Assembly: GCF_044704955.1 (NCBI RefSeq)
Contig: NC_091989.1
Span: forward strand, 124,744,001 to 124,808,000
Source: Pristiophorus japonicus
Lineage: Eukaryota
DNA length: 64,000 nucleotides
Direction of reading: 5' to 3'
Positions 60,989 through 64,000 of this stretch are shown here, one piece after another. The notes below the pieces were generated by a model. That model saw only the letters and a list, made by a program, of their open reading frames with translations. It had not been told where the DNA came from and made no database searches. Each line of letters starts with the position of its first letter. The first letter of the stretch is position 1. The translations under genes and the position numbers were made by a program.

Positions 60989-61299
60989 CTAAAGGAGAGG
61001 CACATCATTTATTGTATTCATTTGTAAAGTTACTCTCTAAAATTTACCCACTTTACATTTTCAATCAATTCTGCCCCCCCCCCTCATTTTATTTATGCTG
61101 TCCAGTTTTTTCTGTCCAACCTTTCTTTCAGTTGGGAGGATTTAGGACTGTGCTGCAGATGTTGTCCTGAATACTAGCAGCAATCGTGGGACTTTAAAAT
61201 AGCATGCATTTTCTCCAAAGAAGGTTGGCACATGTACCACAGCACACCTGGTCTAGGAATTATAAGTAACTTATAACAAAGAGAATAACTTAAACATAA

Positions 61300-61385
61300 A
61301 AATACTTAATTGGCTGTAAAGCGCTTTTAAACATACGGTGGTGGTTAAAGGCATTATATAAATCCAAGACTTTCCATCTTTCTTT
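61300..61385 (+). mobile_element. SINE/L2 3' tail remnant in the SLC6A2 intron
   Basis: ttggctgtaaagcgcttt...ggcattatataaatccaagac matches the tail of the SINE at about 53590-53660. Confidence 0.6.
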
Positions 61386-61959
61386 ATAAAATGCATTTTT
61401 TGTTCTCTCCAACTGCACTTACAAAATGCCACAAAATCCATTGAGTATACATTCGGATTTCACCCAAAACTAGTTTATTATATTAGCAGACAATTTATTT
61501 CAAGGAGCAATTTCCCATAGTGTAAGCCACAGGTAGATCACCACCTTGATTCACTGGTGCCTCCGCCAGTGCTTTTAATATTTGTCAAAATTGTTTTTGG
61601 ATACATTTAAAGGAAACAAATTCAAAACAGGAAAAAAAAAGCAGAAAAACCGCTCCAAAGTGCAAGCACTTTCTCAGAACTTTTAAAGGATCATTGTTTG
61701 ATACTTGACAATGAACAGATGCTTTTATGATCCACAGCAATAAAACATGGCTTATGACTGTAATGAATGCAGTTCCACAGCTGTATCAAGACAGTAAGTG
61801 TTTTCAAATAAATTGCATTCAGAACTCAATAACTGGAATCAGAGTAGGAACTACAGATTGAAAACAGTCTAGAGAGTGACTGTTTATTTGTTATATAATG
61901 AGAGACTTATCATGGGCCTTGTTGATTGTCTACACCTGGAAGATACTGCAGCTTCCTTC

Positions 61960-62092
61960 CAACAACTTACATTTATAGAATGCCTTTAATGTAGTAAAAT
62001 GTCCAAAGGCACTTCACAGGAACAGAAATTTACATCAAGCCAAAGAAGGAAACATTCGGACAGATGACCAAAAGCTTGGTTGAAGAGGTAGG
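61960..62092 (-). mobile_element. L2-type 3' end remnant
   Basis: caacaacttacatttatag...gcctttaatgtagtaaaatgtccaaaggcacttcaca is the reverse complement of the same tail type. Confidence 0.55.
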
Positions 62093-62180
62093 CTAATGAG
62101 TTTACATCGTGTGCTTTAGTAGACTTTAAGATAACGAAGCCTATTTGAATAACAGCAGCAATTCTATTGCATAAAGACAT

Positions 62181-62952
62181 TGGACTATAATTTGTTGTAA
62201 CTAGTATCTAATGCTGTCTGCCTCTAGTTAGACTTGCCCTTGCACTTTGGGGTTTTTAAATTTTTTGCGTGGCAACTTGCTGAAAGTACAAGCTGATAGC
62301 ATCGCTGCGAAAGAAACCAGGCATCTGGGGCCTGAGTGAACAGGATAAGCAACTGTATATCTCCTTAATCCACTAGATTGAATAATTGTGAAATAAACAG
62401 CGCAAGGACTGAGGAGGAATGCCAAATTGGAGTGGGTGAATTCAATGCCAAATCACATACAGAAATTGAAATAAAGAGACGGAAAGAAAGATTGGATTAT
62501 GGGAGAGAGAGAGAGAAAAGAGACAGAAAGGAAAAGTAAAAATAAAATGTAAATTTTATATTTGACATTTTAAAATCTTTAATAGCAATTAAAACCTGAA
62601 GGAATGAGACTCGGCACTTGTGATAGTTGGCAGTAATTAACAGTTATCACATCGTTAAAAGAGTACTTGCACTTAAAATGACAAGATTTAACTTTCTGTG
62701 ACGGGTTTAGTTCGTATCTACTGTGCAAATACAGCAATTTCACGCCATTCAATGCATTTCAATGGTGAGACAGACAACGAGATCCCATTTTCAAGAAGCC
62801 AATGACAGAGCAACATGGACAGCAACCTTTGGATATTCATGTTTAATCGTGCATCTGCCCCTCACCTGAAATTGCTGTGCCATTTACACAAAAATAATGG
62901 CAAGCGTCATTAGCCTCCTCTCCACCGTTATTTTGAAAGCAAAATATGGCCC
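62181..62952. mobile_element. Old MITE-like repeat, same family as 1-1671
   Basis: Degenerate TIRs tggactataatttg / caaaatatggccc; its 3' part aligns to 1-293 plus 1442-1671. Confidence 0.65.
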
Positions 62953-64000
62953 AATTTTACTGACCACTTTAGCAGGTAACTCAGAAAGAATACCAGTTAC
63001 CCTACTAAACTTCTTTTAATTTATCTTAATCAGCAAGAAGGGGAGTTAGTGCACTCAAATTTATATTAACATGTTAAGTTGAATTAATTTGCTTCATGCA
63101 TAATGATGGGACACTATTTATGTTGTTGTGTTGGGATGCATGCCCTGATGCAGAAAGTAACACAATCACTGCAGAGAAAAATCAAAATATCTCTCAAGAT
63201 ACCACAAAGTTCAATTAGATGCCCTGACTGTGAAGTACTTAGTACAAAAAAGTGAATGGTAACATATTCCCATTGTTATATCATCTCTAAAGTGATGATA
63301 TCAGTTGTATGGGCTGAGGTTATTGTACAACTGTGAAATGTTAAAACTTATCTTGGGAGGCCGTTCATGGATAGAAATTACCAGCTAATGTCAAAGTCAT
63401 TTAGGGTTTGGCTGATCATCAAATCCAATCAGACCCAAGCATGTTTTCTGTTTATGGTTGTGGTGACTCTGGTGTATCTTTTAGAAATAAATTTTGGAGT
63501 TAATTGGAAATACACTCATGTTGCAGGAACTCCTTAACTGAGGCTGCTAACCATTATTCCACATGCTTGGGAGAGATGTTGCCCTTGCAGAATATTCCAG
63601 TAATATTCCAGTTACAATATATTGTGGTTAATGAAATTCACAGTAATTCACTGTCCAATCCGATAATGCTGCTGAGAAGGCACACCCTGAGAGAGCCTGG
63701 GTCACAACACAATTGTGCATTGTGTTTCTATGCTGCACAGTAGTGATGCATGACTGGGAGAATGCCAACTATTACTTCAATTGCAATCTCATCCAGGTTC
63801 TTAAAATATTGTTGATATTTAACTACATTTATGACAAGTAATAATGTGTTCTATAAGTAACTTAAGACTGAAATCCAGTTTTGGGGTTCAGATAAGCAAG
63901 AAAAACCAGGAGAGTATCTGAATCCCTCAACTGAATTAGGGTCTCAAATTCACTTGCAGCCTCCAGTATCACTTCTGAAGCGACCCAGAGATTGGCCGCA

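Noticed and set aside
1-64000. Hammerhead ribozymes, Penelope elements, tRNA or rRNA genes
   Set aside because: The CTGATGA/CTGACGA hits I saw lie within TE sequence without the required stems and GAAA; the only tRNA-like sequence is a SINE head. This was an eye scan, not a covariance-model search.

Overview
Vertebrate genomic DNA, most likely from a cartilaginous fish. That call is inferred from the Deu-domain SacSINE1-like SINE and the abundant CR1/RTE/Mag-Gypsy/Harbinger repeats, and is not proven. Most of the window is nested transposable-element debris: four Mag-like Gypsy LTR retrotransposons with 5-bp TSDs and tRNA-Ser-type PBS, about eleven CR1 fragments, two RTE LINEs, L2 pieces, Deu-SINEs, many GGG...CCC Harbinger-type MITEs, two decayed Harbinger transposase remnants, a Tigger-like MITE and a perfectly phased 31-bp hairpin minisatellite. 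The only host gene I can recognise is the 3' end of the noradrenaline transporter SLC6A2 on the minus strand: its last two coding exons (60917-60988 and 60780-60803, both missed by the ORF track) and a long TE-poor putative 3' UTR. There are no prokaryotic features and no CRISPR. I cannot demonstrate a new biological system. The best leads are the hairpin array with an HDV-like fold upstream of an RTE, CTCF-like motifs and palindrome-TATA modules shared by different LTR families, a same-family antisense CR1 nest, and a possible PDZ-class-switching intron-retention isoform of SLC6A2. All alignments and counts were done by eye.
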